Assembly: GCA_039621445.1 (NCBI GenBank)
Contig: CP154954.1
Span: 31,148,012-31,212,011 of the forward strand
Source of the DNA: Euglena gracilis
Taxonomy: Eukaryota
DNA: 64,000 nucleotides
Direction of reading: 5' to 3'
The notes beneath the pieces are model-generated. The model was given only the letters and a program-made list of their open reading frames with translations, ran no database searches and was not told where the DNA came from. Below, one piece after another: positions 31,845-45,400 of the stretch (position 1 is the stretch's first letter; every line of letters starts with the position of its first letter). Position numbers and translations under genes: made by a program.

Positions 31845-34800
31845 CGCGGGTTTCCGCCCAAAATGATTTACGATTGTGTGTGAACTGTGTGAGTTGGGGG
31901 TGTACTAGACATGTTTGATATGGCTCAAAAAACAATGACTTTGAATGGGTGTGACGTGGGGCTGTGTCTTCATGGTTTATGCTAATAACAGTATTTGAGA
32001 AACAAATGAATATTGCAAGCGTACGCGGATAACCGCGTAAAACGAAACAAGAGGTGACAGACGACAGAGTTAAATGTTTGGGTGGATAACTGCGTAGAAT
32101 AAACTTGTACGCGGATTTCCGTCTACAACTGAAAACAAAGTATGGTACACGGATTACCGCCTACCATAACACAAACAGTTGATGACTGGTAGGAGGGAAT
32201 CCGCCTGCTGTGTGCGACTATGTGGTGAGTGTATGGCGACTTGATGTAGGCGGGAATCCGTCTGGATTGAATAAGAAACAATGGTGGTGCCCTGGTGTTG
32301 TTGCTCTCACCCCCCCCTGTGTCGAGACTGGCATAGGCCAGGTGCCATTGCCTGCTGGGGTCTCTGGAATGGGGGACAGTAACGAAAGTAGCGGAGAACT
32401 CCCTGACGACGTGGGCAGGTGCCACACAATGATATCCTGCCTTCGCCAACGCACTTGAATAGAAAAAGGTTCCTGTCTAAAACGGCCCAAAAAAATAGAA
32501 CAAGTAACTGATTTATGAAACTCTGCACTCGCAGCATCCAGTATGAGCCAAAATCCACAAAGTCTTTCCACCCAATAACAATTTTGTTTCAGGCGGTTAA
32601 CCGCCTGACCATTTCCACATTAATTTAAAAACACTATTGAGGAGTTGGCATGGGGTTAGGTGGGGACCAAGAGACGACGTAGGCGGTTATCCGCTTAAAA
32701 GAAAATACAGAGCGCCCGCTCAGGAGGCCAACAGATGACTTGTCACGCTTGAGCACTGAGGCCTGGTCTCCTTTTATGAATTCGGATGGAAACGGGGTGT
32801 GCACAGACACAACTTATGAGATGGAGGGGGGGGCATACCAGTTGTGAGGTCAGAGAATTCAGGAGGGAAAACGCCTGGCCGGGTTAAGGGTGGGCAGAAA
32901 AAGCAAAGCATTTGTGGACGATGGGATGGGGGTGGAAGATGGAAACCACCCTAGAAATAAACTGTGCTGGTTTGTTTGCAAAATTTTGCAACCCTACTTG
33001 TGACACCAGTCACAGGCGTGAACCTTTGCGGAGTACACGGACGACAGAAATTGTTGCCAGGCTGCCAGGCAGTTTGCAACTGAATGGTGCCTGGCATGTT
33101 GTCGTGAGTTTGAGGGGTGGAGGATTATGGAAACCAGGGATAGGAGTTTGTACCAGCAGGGTTTGACCAAACGAGGAGAGACGGCCAGCCCTTAAACTTG
33201 GGCACTCAGAGCAGGGGTGGTTTCCAAAAAGACCGGACACACTTGTGCTGAGAGTGGTTACATGGATGGAAGCCAAATGCATCGGGTCAAACATCGACCC
33301 GGCGTTGGTTGAGAACGACAACCTTCTGGTTTGCCCCCTCCCACACGGCTTCTGACGGTGGAGACCACCGTTGCCTCCTCTGGAGGCATGTTGCCAACCC
33401 CAAAGGAAGAAGAGCCAGAAAAAAGAGGTGGTTTGGGCATTTTGTCTGGATTTAAGCAAAAACTGCAACTTTTCAAAGAAAAAATGAAAAAAAATTCTTT
33501 CAAAAAACAATTAAAAAGGCCTTGACTTTTTCAGAACTTGGGAGACTCCTTCCCAAAACCCCCCCCATTCTTTCGATTGCTGTCACCAGCTGATGAAACA
33601 GGCGTCCAGATCTTGAATCACTTCTTCGTCAGCCTTCCCCAAACCCTGATTTTGGGCCACCAAAACCGTTGGGTTCCAAGTGGAGGCCCTGGGAGATGCC
33701 TTTGTTCCTCCTGAGAAATCAACCTTATGTTTTTGGCTGTTTTTCGGGAGAATAATAAAATATCACCTCTGCTACAGCTCACCCGGCCTGGCAACTGACA
33801 CATGCGTTCCACTGCTGTCCCTGCAGACGACCCCTTCACCACTGGCCAGGGGGAAAATTACCGCCTCCTCGTCGGAGAGGAGGGTGTCCACCTCCTGCTC
33901 AAATGCCAGGCGGGTTTCCGCCTGCTCGGGTGCTTGCTGTCCCGGCGCAGCAGCCACAGCTCCCCTTCAACCTGTCCCGCCCAACTTTCAAACATTGTGC
34001 CGCCGACAACGACCACCGACACCGACACTTCGGGACACCGAAACATCACAAACACAACCCATCAAGACAGCAACAAGCTCCACGCAGGTTTCCGCCCAAA
34101 CCACATCTGGGCGGAAACCCGCACAAAATAAAAGCGGAGTAGGCGGATAACTGCCCACTGCCGTCGTTCAATAACGCCTCAAAGTCCTCCTCCCTCTCCC
34201 ACAAACTTGTTCATTAACAACTTCACGCGATGAACGACTTCTGGAGGTTTCAGCGCATTCCCACGTGTCATCCACAAACACGAACTGTTCTCATTCTCAA
34301 ACCCTTCTGCGCGGGTTTCCACCTAAAAGATCCCCAGCTCACCCACATCATTCATATGCCGTGCGTGCTGCATCCCCACCCCGACACAGCACCATCCACC
34401 AAACAAAAAAAAAACTCCAACACAACATGCCCACTCATTCTAGTCAGCTGTGCGTGAAGCTTTCTAACGTTTCATGCATTCATGTGCACGGAGATCCGCC
34501 TGCAAACGGCCTTACAAAAACTTCCAAAAAAAAGTTGCGTTCTGTTTCCACACCGCCTCAAACAAAATCTTTGAGTATCTCTCAGTGGGGGTTGAAAGGT
34601 GGGGGAAAATGTTCAGTTTTGCGTGGCCCAGGTGTGTCATCAGGAGGGAGCTTGTGTGCGGACAAATTAAGGACACCACGCACTCAAACCGCATCTCATT
34701 TCAGTTCACCTTGGCCACAAGTTTCTCAAAGTTCTTGAACTTGTGATGGCTAGAATGGTGTTGAAGCCTTTCCCAACCCCTCTGTTCTGGATGGCAGCAC

Positions 34801-35600
34801 AGGCAACCAGGCCCCTCTCCCTCCCGTGCCTTCCTGACCCAACTGTCATCCCGCGCTGCTAAATGATACATCGTGGTGCACAGCCCAGGAGGAGGGGGAT
34901 GCTGGGGGGCTTGTAAACCAACCAGGACACCCGGGGCAAGCACACACAGCGCACACCTTTGTTGCGCTGTGTTGCTTTGTTGCGGAATCAGCACTGCTTT
35001 ACGCGGTAAACCGCCTAACCTCAGTTTTAACATTATTCCCAGTCCAGTCCCCTCCATAAGGGTAGATATCTTCATCACAAAAACAAATTTTGCGCGGTTT
35101 ACCGCCTAACACGTCCCTTTCAGAAATTATAGCATCTTTTGGGCAGTGCTGTCTGTTCACCTCCCTAATCACTGGACCTCGGGACTCACGAGATGTTCAA
35201 AAATAGGCGGGTTGCTTAGGCGGTTGCCTCTTCTTCACCTGCCACACCGTGTCACCCCCCTCCAGAGGGGTTCCGGCAGCATCGCCAAACAACCGGGGCT
35301 CCAGTGGCCAGGTGTTCTCCCACTGTTCTCTGTTTTTCAAAATTTCAGGGCGTTCCAGGGGGGTGTTTTTGAAAACCCCCCTAAAATGATCATAAATTTT
35401 CAAAATCGCCACATTGTCAAAATGCTTAAAATGGACCCAGAACGACCCAAATTTTTGTGCTGGTGTCACCCTCTCAAAAGTTTAACCTCAAACAGGTAAC
35501 AGGTGGGGTATCGTAAGCGGAAACCCGCGCACCTCAAACGCACAGAAATTTGAAAAAAATGGGCAATTCGCGCAGCCTAAGTTTGTATGTAATTCCAACT
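31845..35600 (-). mobile_element. Decayed intron-containing element, possibly a KDZ (Kyakuja-Dileera-Zisupton) transposase, with a dispersed palindrome array
   Basis: Minus-strand fragments in KDZ-like order: CACPGCP..AVHHDVSF (~34950-34860), VSLICPH..LLMTHL..PTERY (~34680-34570), VGMQHARH, and spliced NDVEGFENENS (~34380-34283). Many stops and frameshifts. Boundaries approximated from the palindrome distribution. Confidence 0.4.
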
Positions 35601-36065
35601 TTGCCATTCACCACTTCAACGCTCTCCTTTTTTCCCTGTTACCTCCCCCTGTCATAGCACCGGAAAATATCGACATATTGCACCGAGGGGTGCTTAGACA
35701 AGGGGGAGAATACAACGACTCAAAAAAAAAACAGCGCTCCACCTGAAAAAAAAATTCCTTCCATTTTTGTCAATTGCTCAACTTTGAGGCATTTTGGGTG
35801 TATAAAGTCCACAACATCTCACCAATTAACCTTCGTGAATAAAAATCTTCATAAAAATCTGATAAAAATACATCAGAAAAACTTGCATTCAGGGAGTGGC
35901 CTTTAAAAAGATTGTCAAGCACCGGGGAAAGGGGGGACTGGGATACTCCAGTACTTAGACAAGGAAAAGATTTCTTTCAGGGGAATATTTTAGGTCGATA
36001 ACCCTCTGGTAGTTTGCGCCTAAAGAACCTGAAGCACCAAGAAACTTGGGTGAAAAACTAGAATG

Positions 36066-36230
<165 letters not shown>

Positions 36231-36483
36231 GGCAGAGAACTTCTTTGGGCTGGATAGCGCAAATATCTATGGTACAGGAACGGTGGATTTCCCGGAGTCA
36301 CCCCCCTCAACTGCCTGAGTGGCGCCAGACAGGCAGGCGATGCACCAACAAGACACAGCCCGCAATCGGACAAATCTACAACCGGTTAAACAAACGCAGG
36401 GGAGGCGTCTTTTGCAGAGTGCAGTTGCGGCGGGCAAGCGTTCGGGACAAAAGGAGGTTGCTTCGCCACCAACACCCACCCCA

Positions 36484-39400
36484 TCACGCCTCGGCCGCCA
36501 TGTCCTCCTCCTCCGGCCCGTCCTCCTCGCTGTCCTCCATGTCCCACAGCAACACCATTCCCGGCTGGGCGGTCGCCACACGGACGACAGCCCCCTACCC
36601 GCTGTCCATGTGGCCTCAACTGTTTGAATTGGCCAACACTTGATCGACGCAGGGGGGCTTTTTGAAACTAGGGGGAGGGGTCCCCACCCACCCACCGAGG
36701 GGTGTCCCCCACCCCCGGGGGAGAGGTGGGGTCTGGGGTACCCACATTTTGAGGGTCAGTTTTGGGTAAAAAAAAGCGCCGAAAAAAAGGAAAGACTGGC
36801 CAAATCCCCACCTTTCCAGGGAACCACAAGGCCCTTAGGGTACCCCAGGGGGGTCTGACAGACCCACCCACCCTACACCCTCGACCCCTGGGTGTCCAAC
36901 CTTTAAAAAAAAAACCCTGGGGGGATTGGTAACATAAGGCTTGGGGGAAATTGGGGGGAATTGCGATTGCAGAAAAAAAACCCGCAGGAAAAATCATACA
37001 CATTTCTGCTGGAGGGATTGCTGGAGGGAGAAAACTCGCCTTGAATTTCTTTCATTTTGCAATGTTGGAGGATATGTTGAGCCGTCATTCACACCTTTCC
37101 AAGCTGATTCCAGAATATAAAAAATTGTTGTCCAAAAAAAGGAACAGAATTCTGCCAAAATGTTGGGTCTCAGGAGAAAATCTGGGCAAATGCCAAAATT
37201 TTTCTAAGTCAAAATTCCAGCAGCACTCTTAACCCCCCCCAGCATTTATGCATTTTAATCCAATTCCTGGGAAAAAATCCAGTCCATCCAAACCCCTGGT
37301 GGGACCTTGGTGGGGGGGGGGGGCGTTCCAGCCTGAAACAACGAAAGAAGAAGCCCGATGGCAGCGGCGGGGAGGGGGCTGCGCAGGCGGTGCCCCGCTT
37401 CCCGGAGCAGCCCAGCAGCGGGGCGTGCTGGGGGGTGAGGGGCCGGGGCAGGGCGGTGGGGGGCCCGAGCCCTGCGGCGTGGGTCTCCGCCACCCCCGCG
37501 TGGCGCCAGGGGTTGATGGGACGGGAGGCGGGCTGGTCACGGCGGTAGGTGGGGAGGGGGGTGCCCCTGCGCACATGTGCGCGCACCCACACACTGGCCA
37601 GAACGGAGAATTTTTGACACCCCGAACAAGCCAAAGAGCTTTCAAAGTTTGAAAGGAAAAATCTTATTCAAGAGGGAAAAAATAAGAAAAGTTGACCTTT
37701 GGGGGTCCCCAAGTAGGTGGCGGACACCCCACCAAAAATCCGGACACACATCGAACTCTGCAAGGAGCGCCTGGTGGATGCTTGCTGCGTCGAAGGGCTC
37801 GGTCGGCCCCCCTCTTGCCCTGGGGGTAAGCATGGGGGGGGGGCACATAAGAGTTGTCCCAACCCAACCGACAGCCACCCACTCCAGGTCTGGCCCAGAG
37901 TCATTGAGGAGGCTGGGCAGGCTGGCAGGAGGAGGAGGCTCTCGAGCCTCCTCGAACGTGCTCGAATGACATTCGAGAGGCTCTCAAGTCTCCTCAAATG
38001 TCGTTCCAGGTAGTTTGAAGAAGTTCGAGAGCCTCCTCAAACATGTGTTCGACCTTGAGACTGCAAAAAAATACATATTTCAACTAATTTCATCTCCCTT
38101 TGCCAATGCCCTTTGTAAGCAAATGTTTGGAGGGCCCTAAAATAACAGAATCCCTTGTGTTGCATATGCCCTGTGTGTGTGCAACTTCCTTTTGTTGTGG
38201 ATGCCTTTTGCATGCAAGTGTTCGAGTGGCCCCAAAATGACAAAATCCCTTGTGTTGCATACCCTCTGTAACTCCCCTTTGTTGTCAATGCCCTTTTCGT
38301 GCAACGTTTTGCAGAGGGCCCCAAAACAGCTGCGTGTGTGCGCGTCGGAGGAGGCACTTCTAGAGCCTCCTCGAAGGTGGTCGAACGACATTTGACAAGG
38401 CTCGGGAGCCTCCTCGAACGTTGTTGGAACTGGTTCGAGGAGGCTGCCCAAGCCCCCTGGAGTGGGGCTGAAAAAAATTCGAGTCTCCTCCTATGATACC
38501 CCCCCCCGAGGAGGCAGGCCAGGCAGGAACGACAGCTGCTCCAGGTCCAGGAGGGCAACGGGGGCAAATGCCTGCCTGTTGTGCTCTGCATGTGCCGACG
38601 GTGCGAGGGGAGGAGTGGAGTCACCCAGTGGCATTTGCTGGAGCAAACCCCAAATATACTTTCAACACTTTGCAGTGCCCAATGGCTTTGATGCCCAAAT
38701 AGCTTTGCAGGTGAAGGTTGAAAAACAGAAAAGAGTCCCGGGACAGCATAGACCCCAAATCAGGGCAGGGAGTATGGGTACGGGCTTGCAGCACAATGAT
38801 GCCCAACATGAAGGGCTGGCTGTACAGAAGTCCTGGTTGGGGGGCTCGGCCCCCTACCCACCACAGCACCGCTGAAGGAATCTTCCTTCGGCGCCAAAGG
38901 CGCTGAAGGAAGATTCTGACCACCTACGCCCCCAGAAATACGGAAGGTTTGATGGGGGGATGGTCGACCCCCCCCCCGCCCACCACCCGTAGGGTTTCGG
39001 GATTCCCATGCGGCGTTGCCAACACGATGTCGCTTTGCCACCGGCCAGGCCAGCAATGCTGGCGATGCCGCCGAACCATCCTCGGGGGGTTGAGCGGACA
39101 GCAGTTGTCTTTCCGCCCCCCCCCGCTGCCGCACTGGACCCCCGAAGGCAGGCACTGGGCCGAATGCCTCCGGCACGGCCGACCGGTTCCGGCTGACACC
39201 GCCAGGGCCTCCAACAAAGAGCCCCAGGCATTGCCTTGCCCCCCCCCCCCCCGTGCACGACACGCCAATGTTCCTAAATCCCGTACGCCCTCCTTTTATC
39301 GCCTCTGTACCACCACTTTCCTCAACACCATCGGCTGCGTTCCGGGGCTGCCCCTTCCCAGAGGGGCGCAGGGTGTGGTTGCGGGGGCGTCGGCGGTGCC

Positions 39401-42400
39401 TCGCGACGGCCCTGGGCGAGGCACAGCAGGTGGACCGCCTCCCCCACCGGCGCGAGGCGGCCCCAGGGCGGTGCGGGTCGGCCCGGCGCGGCGACCCCCC
39501 CCCCCACCCGCCGCAGCACTTCGCCAAAAAGGCCTTCGGCGTCCCGGAAACCGAAATGCGGCGGGGGTGGGGGGTCGGACTCCCACCCACCCACCAGGAC
39601 GGGGTGGGGGGGGGGGGTGGGGTCCGGCCACCCCCCCTCAACCTGCAGGGTTTCGGGGGTTTCCGGACCGCCCTGGGCAGCACGCCAGCAGCTCATCGCC
39701 CCACTCATGGAAGGGGCTGCCCTGGCCGGGGCTGGCCTCGGGGGGAGGTGGGCGGTCCCCTGGACGGTGCTGGTCGGGGCGGGGGGGGGGGGGGGGGCTG
39801 CCCACCCATTCCCCTCAGTCCTCGGCGGCCCACTGTGCTTTGCGCAGAAGGACGTAACACATTCTTCGGCACACTTCAGCCCGAACCACCAATTGTGGAG
39901 GCGAATCCGGCCCGTTTTGAACGGCGAAGGATTCTGCCGGAAGTGGTGACAAAATTGGGCGGCCCGAACAACTCACCAGGGTGACCAACCTTGGAACAGA
40001 CCGCCATTTAGTGTGTATCACAACCCATCTGTGATACATTAATTTTTTGGCGACACATCTGTGATACATTAACTTTTTTTGGTGATACATATGTGATACA
40101 TAAAATTTTAGGCTGTGATACATGTGATACGGGAAAAATTTTTTGGTGATACACACTAAACGGCGGTCTGCCTTGGAAGCGCAGGCAGGGTGGCAAACAG
40201 CTGCCCAGAGGTGATGCCGAGCAGAGGCACACCCCTTCTTTTAGCAGCTCCTGTCACCACTGGAGCCCCAAAGAGGGCTGGGCAAGATGAGGTGCATGGA
40301 CGGCCCCTGTCAAGCCAGCAGGTGCCACTCTCCAAGGCTGGCGTTGGTCCCGACAGCGGCTCCCTCAGCACCACCGGCAGCCCACCGATGCCAAACCACA
40401 CACCGCACCAGTCCATGACCCAAAGACAAGCAAACTGTCCACAAACCATTCTGCACCGAAAACACAAAAGGAAAACTCCCAAAAGAAACACATCCGCGTC
40501 AACCGCCGGGAAATCGGAAACTGGAAAACACACGGCATCCGCCGAAACCGCCACAGGGGAGCACTCCAGGCCTCGGCGGGGCCAGCACGTTGCGCCGCGT
40601 CTGCGGGGCCACGAGGCCCACGGCGAAGTGCGCAAGGCCGGCAGCGCCCGAGGCGGGGACGTGGGCGGCGACGGCCTGGGGGTTGAAGCGCAGGGTCCTG
40701 CGTGGCATCCACCGTGGCCATTCCGCCAACAAACCAAACACGGGCCGCCTCACCGTGGCCGGCAGGGCCCCGGCCGCACAGGAGGGCGGCGGGGGCGATG
40801 CGGTCGAGGCCCACCGCGGCGGCCGGGGGCGGGGGCGGGGGGTCGCCGAACGCGGCCCCGAGCAGCCGCTCCAGCCGCTGGTGCACCGCCCGCATGGACC
40901 GCGCGTCGTCCGGGGGGCCCCCCTCCAGGAACGGCAGCCGCGGCCATGCGGCCAGGCCGCTCAGCGAAGTCATTGCGGCGCCTGGCGGCCGGCACACACC
41001 ACACCCACACCCGCGCACACCACCCACACGCACATGACACCCACCCCTGCACCACATACACAACACCACACACCCACACACGGTGCACGCACACCATCCA
41101 TGCAGTTAGTGCGCCACGGCGCAAAAAAAAAAATATGCAGTGGTCGCAATGAAAAGAAGCTTTTTTTGCCACACACCATTGTAATTATGTGTATCATCAT
41201 GATAATTAAAAACAATTATTAATAAGAATCATTAAATTATTATTAAGCGGCAACGGTTATTGCCGGGGTGGACGCAGCACAAAGAAAAAAATTAGCCTCG
41301 GTGGTCGTGGCGCAAGCAATTTTGTTTTGCTGCGGTGCACGAGGTGCAAATTTTATCGGCATCGCAGAACCCAAAAAATTTTTTCGCTGCAATGAAAAAA
41401 GCAGAATTGGCTCAATGCCCTTCCATGGTCGAGAAAATATCAAAGAGGCCGGACAGAGAAGCCTGAAGAAGGTGTCTGCAGCACAGAAAAAAACATTGAA
41501 AAAAATTGCTGTGGCAATAATCAAAAGTTGCCGCAGCGGTCGGGGGCACAGAAATTTTTTGCAGCAGCTCTGTTAGTCACAAAAATATTTTCCACAGTCG
41601 TTGCGGACCGCTTTTGTGCCACCCAACGTTTTGCTCTGGCAATTTCTTTGTGGGAACTGGCAAACCCCTGTGGTTTGCAGTGCACTAGCCGCTGGGCGTG
41701 TGGTATGGTGTGGTGTGGTCATGGGTGGGTGGGTGGATGGGGGTGGGTGTGCACATGTGTGTGCACCGGAATTGTAGTTAGATAAAAGGTTTTCATGTGG
41801 GAGGGAGGGGAGGTGGTTCCTTTCGGCAGTGGATAGGCCGGGTGCAGGTCAGGGAGGGGAAGGGCGTCCAGTGGGGAGGAAAGGCCTGGGCAGCACCCCA
41901 GACTGCAGGAGGCGAGTGATGCGGCAGGCCAACCACCGCCGTTGGGAGAGCTACCCTGGGGGGAGCAAAGATAATTTTGGTTCCGACAAAGTTGGTGGCG
42001 GGAAAAAAAATGGGAGAAATCTTCAAATGTCCCAGACAGCCAGAAGAAAACATTTTTCCGGACCAAAAATTTTAATGGTTTCCTGAAAAACACGAAAACG
42101 CATCGGGCACCTCCACAAAAACCAGTATACGACCCAATCTCTTACCCCCCCCCCCCTATGTCCAATGACCGGTAACCTCTGTCCTCTGACCGGGGGGGTG
42201 GTCGTTGGACATAGGGTAGTGACCAAAAAGGTGTCCTCTGACCGGGGGGGTGGTCGTTGGACATGGGGTCAAAAGAAAGTTGGTGGGTACCCGGGTCCCT
42301 ACCCACCCAAAAATGCCCAAATTTTCCCTTCCGGCGCTTTGCGCCGAAAATTTTGGGCAATTTTGACAAATTTTTGTCCAAAAAAGTGTCAAAAATGGCA

Positions 42401-45400
42401 CTTTGGCCAAATTTTTGGCCAATTTTGGGGCAAAATTTTTCGTCCCGGCGCTTCACGCCGGGACGAAAAATTTGGTCAAACCTCCGAAAAGGTGTCCTCT
42501 GACCGGGGGGGGGGGGGGGTGGTAATTGGAGAGGGGGGGGGGGGTCGTTGGACATAGGGGGGGGGGGTAAATTGATCCGAAAAAATTTGGTGTTTTCTCC
42601 AAAGTACTCTCGGGAACATTTGGGCGGGTTTTGCCCGTCCAAATTTGTCCAAACAAAATTTTTCTATGCCTCCCCTGGCATATCAAATACGGAGCGCGGG
42701 GGGGGGCTCCAGTGGCTGGCTGGGCGCGGCACACGTCCACGCTGCGCTGCTCCTCCGCGGTCCACGGCGACCGCGCCCGCCCGACCACGGCCAGCACCCG
42801 CTCCGCCCGCGCCTGCTGCTTGTTCAGCCAGTGGAGCAGCTCCAGCATGCCGGCCTTCGCCTCCCCGAGGCTGCCGGGGCTCTGGAGAGAGGGGCGGGGG
42901 GCAGTGAGTGGGGGGGGGGGGGCACGGTGGCACGGTGGCGGGTGTAGCGAGGGAAGGCCGGATGCGTGTCCCCCGGTGCCCACCGGCCATATGCCACTAC
43001 GCGGTGCCTCCCTCGGGGCCGACCAGCAGACAGGAACCTACAACCCCCTAGCAGGGGTATCTGGTGGGAAAAATTTCCCACTGCCCGCTGCAAAGCGCCA
43101 GAAAAAATTTGACCACCCAAAACGTGCTAAAAATGCTCATTTTTGGCAATTTTTGGAACAAAATCAGCCAAAAAAAGCACATTAATACCCAATTTCCACC
43201 TCGGTGCACACTGCCGTAGGATTTTTTTTCCCCCAGTTGGACCCTGGGACCCTTCTGGGGGGGATGGAGAGTCCAGTGTCAGTGTCCTTTTTCTGTGGCT
43301 GGCAAAATGGCCAGCTAGTGGACCCCCAGGTCCTTGGACAAAAGCATGGACACCTATTAGTGAAAAATCTAGTCACCTCTGCGGCCATCTGGGCCGCATA
43401 GGCACAGTGGTGTTTAGGGTTCTGCCCTCCTACTTGCTTTGCGTTTTGAGGTGGGCCTTTGCATCCAGAGGTCTTTTTAAGGTTGATGATTCCAAGGACA
43501 GCAGGCTGGGACCCAGCCCAGCGCCCCCCCCCCCAAGAGAAGTTGGGGTCGGGCCCAATGGGAACCCCTCACACTGTTTTTGACAAAAGTTTCAACATCG
43601 AGATTTCCCCCGAAAGAGGTCCCCCGAAGAGGAGCTTGGTTCGGTGCCCCCCAGGGGTGGTACAAATGTGGGGGAGTCTCAGTGCGTAACCGGAAGAGAT
43701 CCAAAAATACCCCAAATTTTTGTACCAGGGGGTAAAACAATGCATTCTGGGGCAATGATTTGATGGTCTTTTCCGAAACACCATAAATTGGCATGCCCAC
43801 CACACCTGTTTTTTTCGGCACACCGTGTGATTTTTGGCCCAATTTTATCTCGTGCTGCTTCATCATTTTTCCCTCTAGGGTTATAAGTCACGATTAGCAC
43901 AGGGCCAGGCAGAACGGAGATCAGTTAATAAGCTGTGGGTGCGCTGGAGGTACAGTTTTGAAGCAGCACTCCGGTTGGCAGGGGTCCAAGATGAAAGCAG
44001 AGCCAGAAAGAGCATCGGTGACCAAGACACCTTTTCCATTTTTTTGCGTGTTTGTTTGTGGGTGTGCCTGTGAGTGTGTTGTGCATGTGCGTGTGGGTGT
44101 GTTTTGTGTATCTGTGTGCGTGCATGTGTGGTGTGTGTTTGTGTGTGCATGTATCTGTGTGTGGCGCATGTGTTTGGTGTTGCATGTGTGTGCTTGTGTG
44201 TGTGTGTGTGTGTGCGTGCGTGCGTGCGTGTGTGGGAGTTCCTCAAACAGGAGGGCTGTCCAGCCTCCTCCATCAGTTCTTGCAGTGGCTCCGAATGCAG
44301 TCCGAAGCTGCCGTACACTGCCGGGTCAGGGCCTGGGCAACGTCTTAGCTGGGAAGCAATGCATTCCCAGAAGAGCAAATGTTTCACACCACTACAGGAG
44401 GTTTTCCAAAACAACAACGTCAACAACAACACTTGATTAACCCAATCCATCAACCCCGGGCTGGGCCGTGTGTCTGCCCCTGCTCCCCCGCCCCCGGCTG
44501 AAATAAAGTTGAGGCCAACTCAGACTAAGTTGGTTGAGCTGAATGCTGAAAAATGTTGTTTGTGAGAGGGGTATGGGGGCTATATTATATGCCTGAAAAA
44601 TCCCAACCCAGTTGGATTCAGACTTCTTCGTCACATTTCGGGTAACAGCTGGGTCCAGCCCGGCAAGCCACTTTTGAGAGGGGCTGAAATGGAACCCTCA
44701 ATACCCGCTTCATGGAACTGACCCCTCCCTCCCAGGCAAATAATTGTGCGTAAAATTAGCCGGATTAAGAACAGAATAAATTAGCCCCTTGTCGATTTGG
44801 GGGGGGGACAAATTGAGCAGCGCAAAGGTGGTGAGATGCACATTTTGAACATTCTTACGTCCAATTTCACACAAAATCCTAGGGATGACCCATGTGTAGA
44901 ATCCATGCAAACTACCCAAAAATTGTTGTTTGTGGTGCTTCTCGGCATTCCTGTTCCGAGTCGATTTGCATCGAAGGGAAGGTCACAAACAGGCACGCAC
45001 AAAGGGGGTGACAAATGCCTGGCGGGATAAACCAGTTTGTCATTAAAAAATGGAATGGCGCAAGTAACGGCGCAGTGCGACGAACCTGTGCAATTCTCAA
45101 AAGAAGGGGAATTCCCCGGCCAATGCTCGCGTCAATCGGATCCAAGCCACACCCAGGGCACAGAACACGGCACTCAGCAGCTCCTCCACCGTGAGGATGA
45201 CGTGGGCCAACCCGGGCTGCAGAACCTCCACCACCCGCCGCACCAGCTTGTGGATCGGCCGGAGGCGGCTGCGCGTCCGCTGCCACCCCCCCCCACCATG
45301 TCGGGCCTTGGGAGGGCCCAGGGTTGCAGCGGCCCTCGCGCACCCGTCGGGCGACGCGCGCAATGTGATGGCCGACCCCGATTCCCCACCGTTGGGTCCT

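Noticed and set aside
31845-35531. Palindrome array as a CRISPR or REP array
   Set aside because: Spacing is highly irregular (about 25 bp to over 1 kb) and the copies are degenerate.
38760-41222. Several overlapping 240-320 aa ORFs on both strands
   Set aside because: These are GC-rich shadow frames. Only short minus-strand segments fit APC4 exons.
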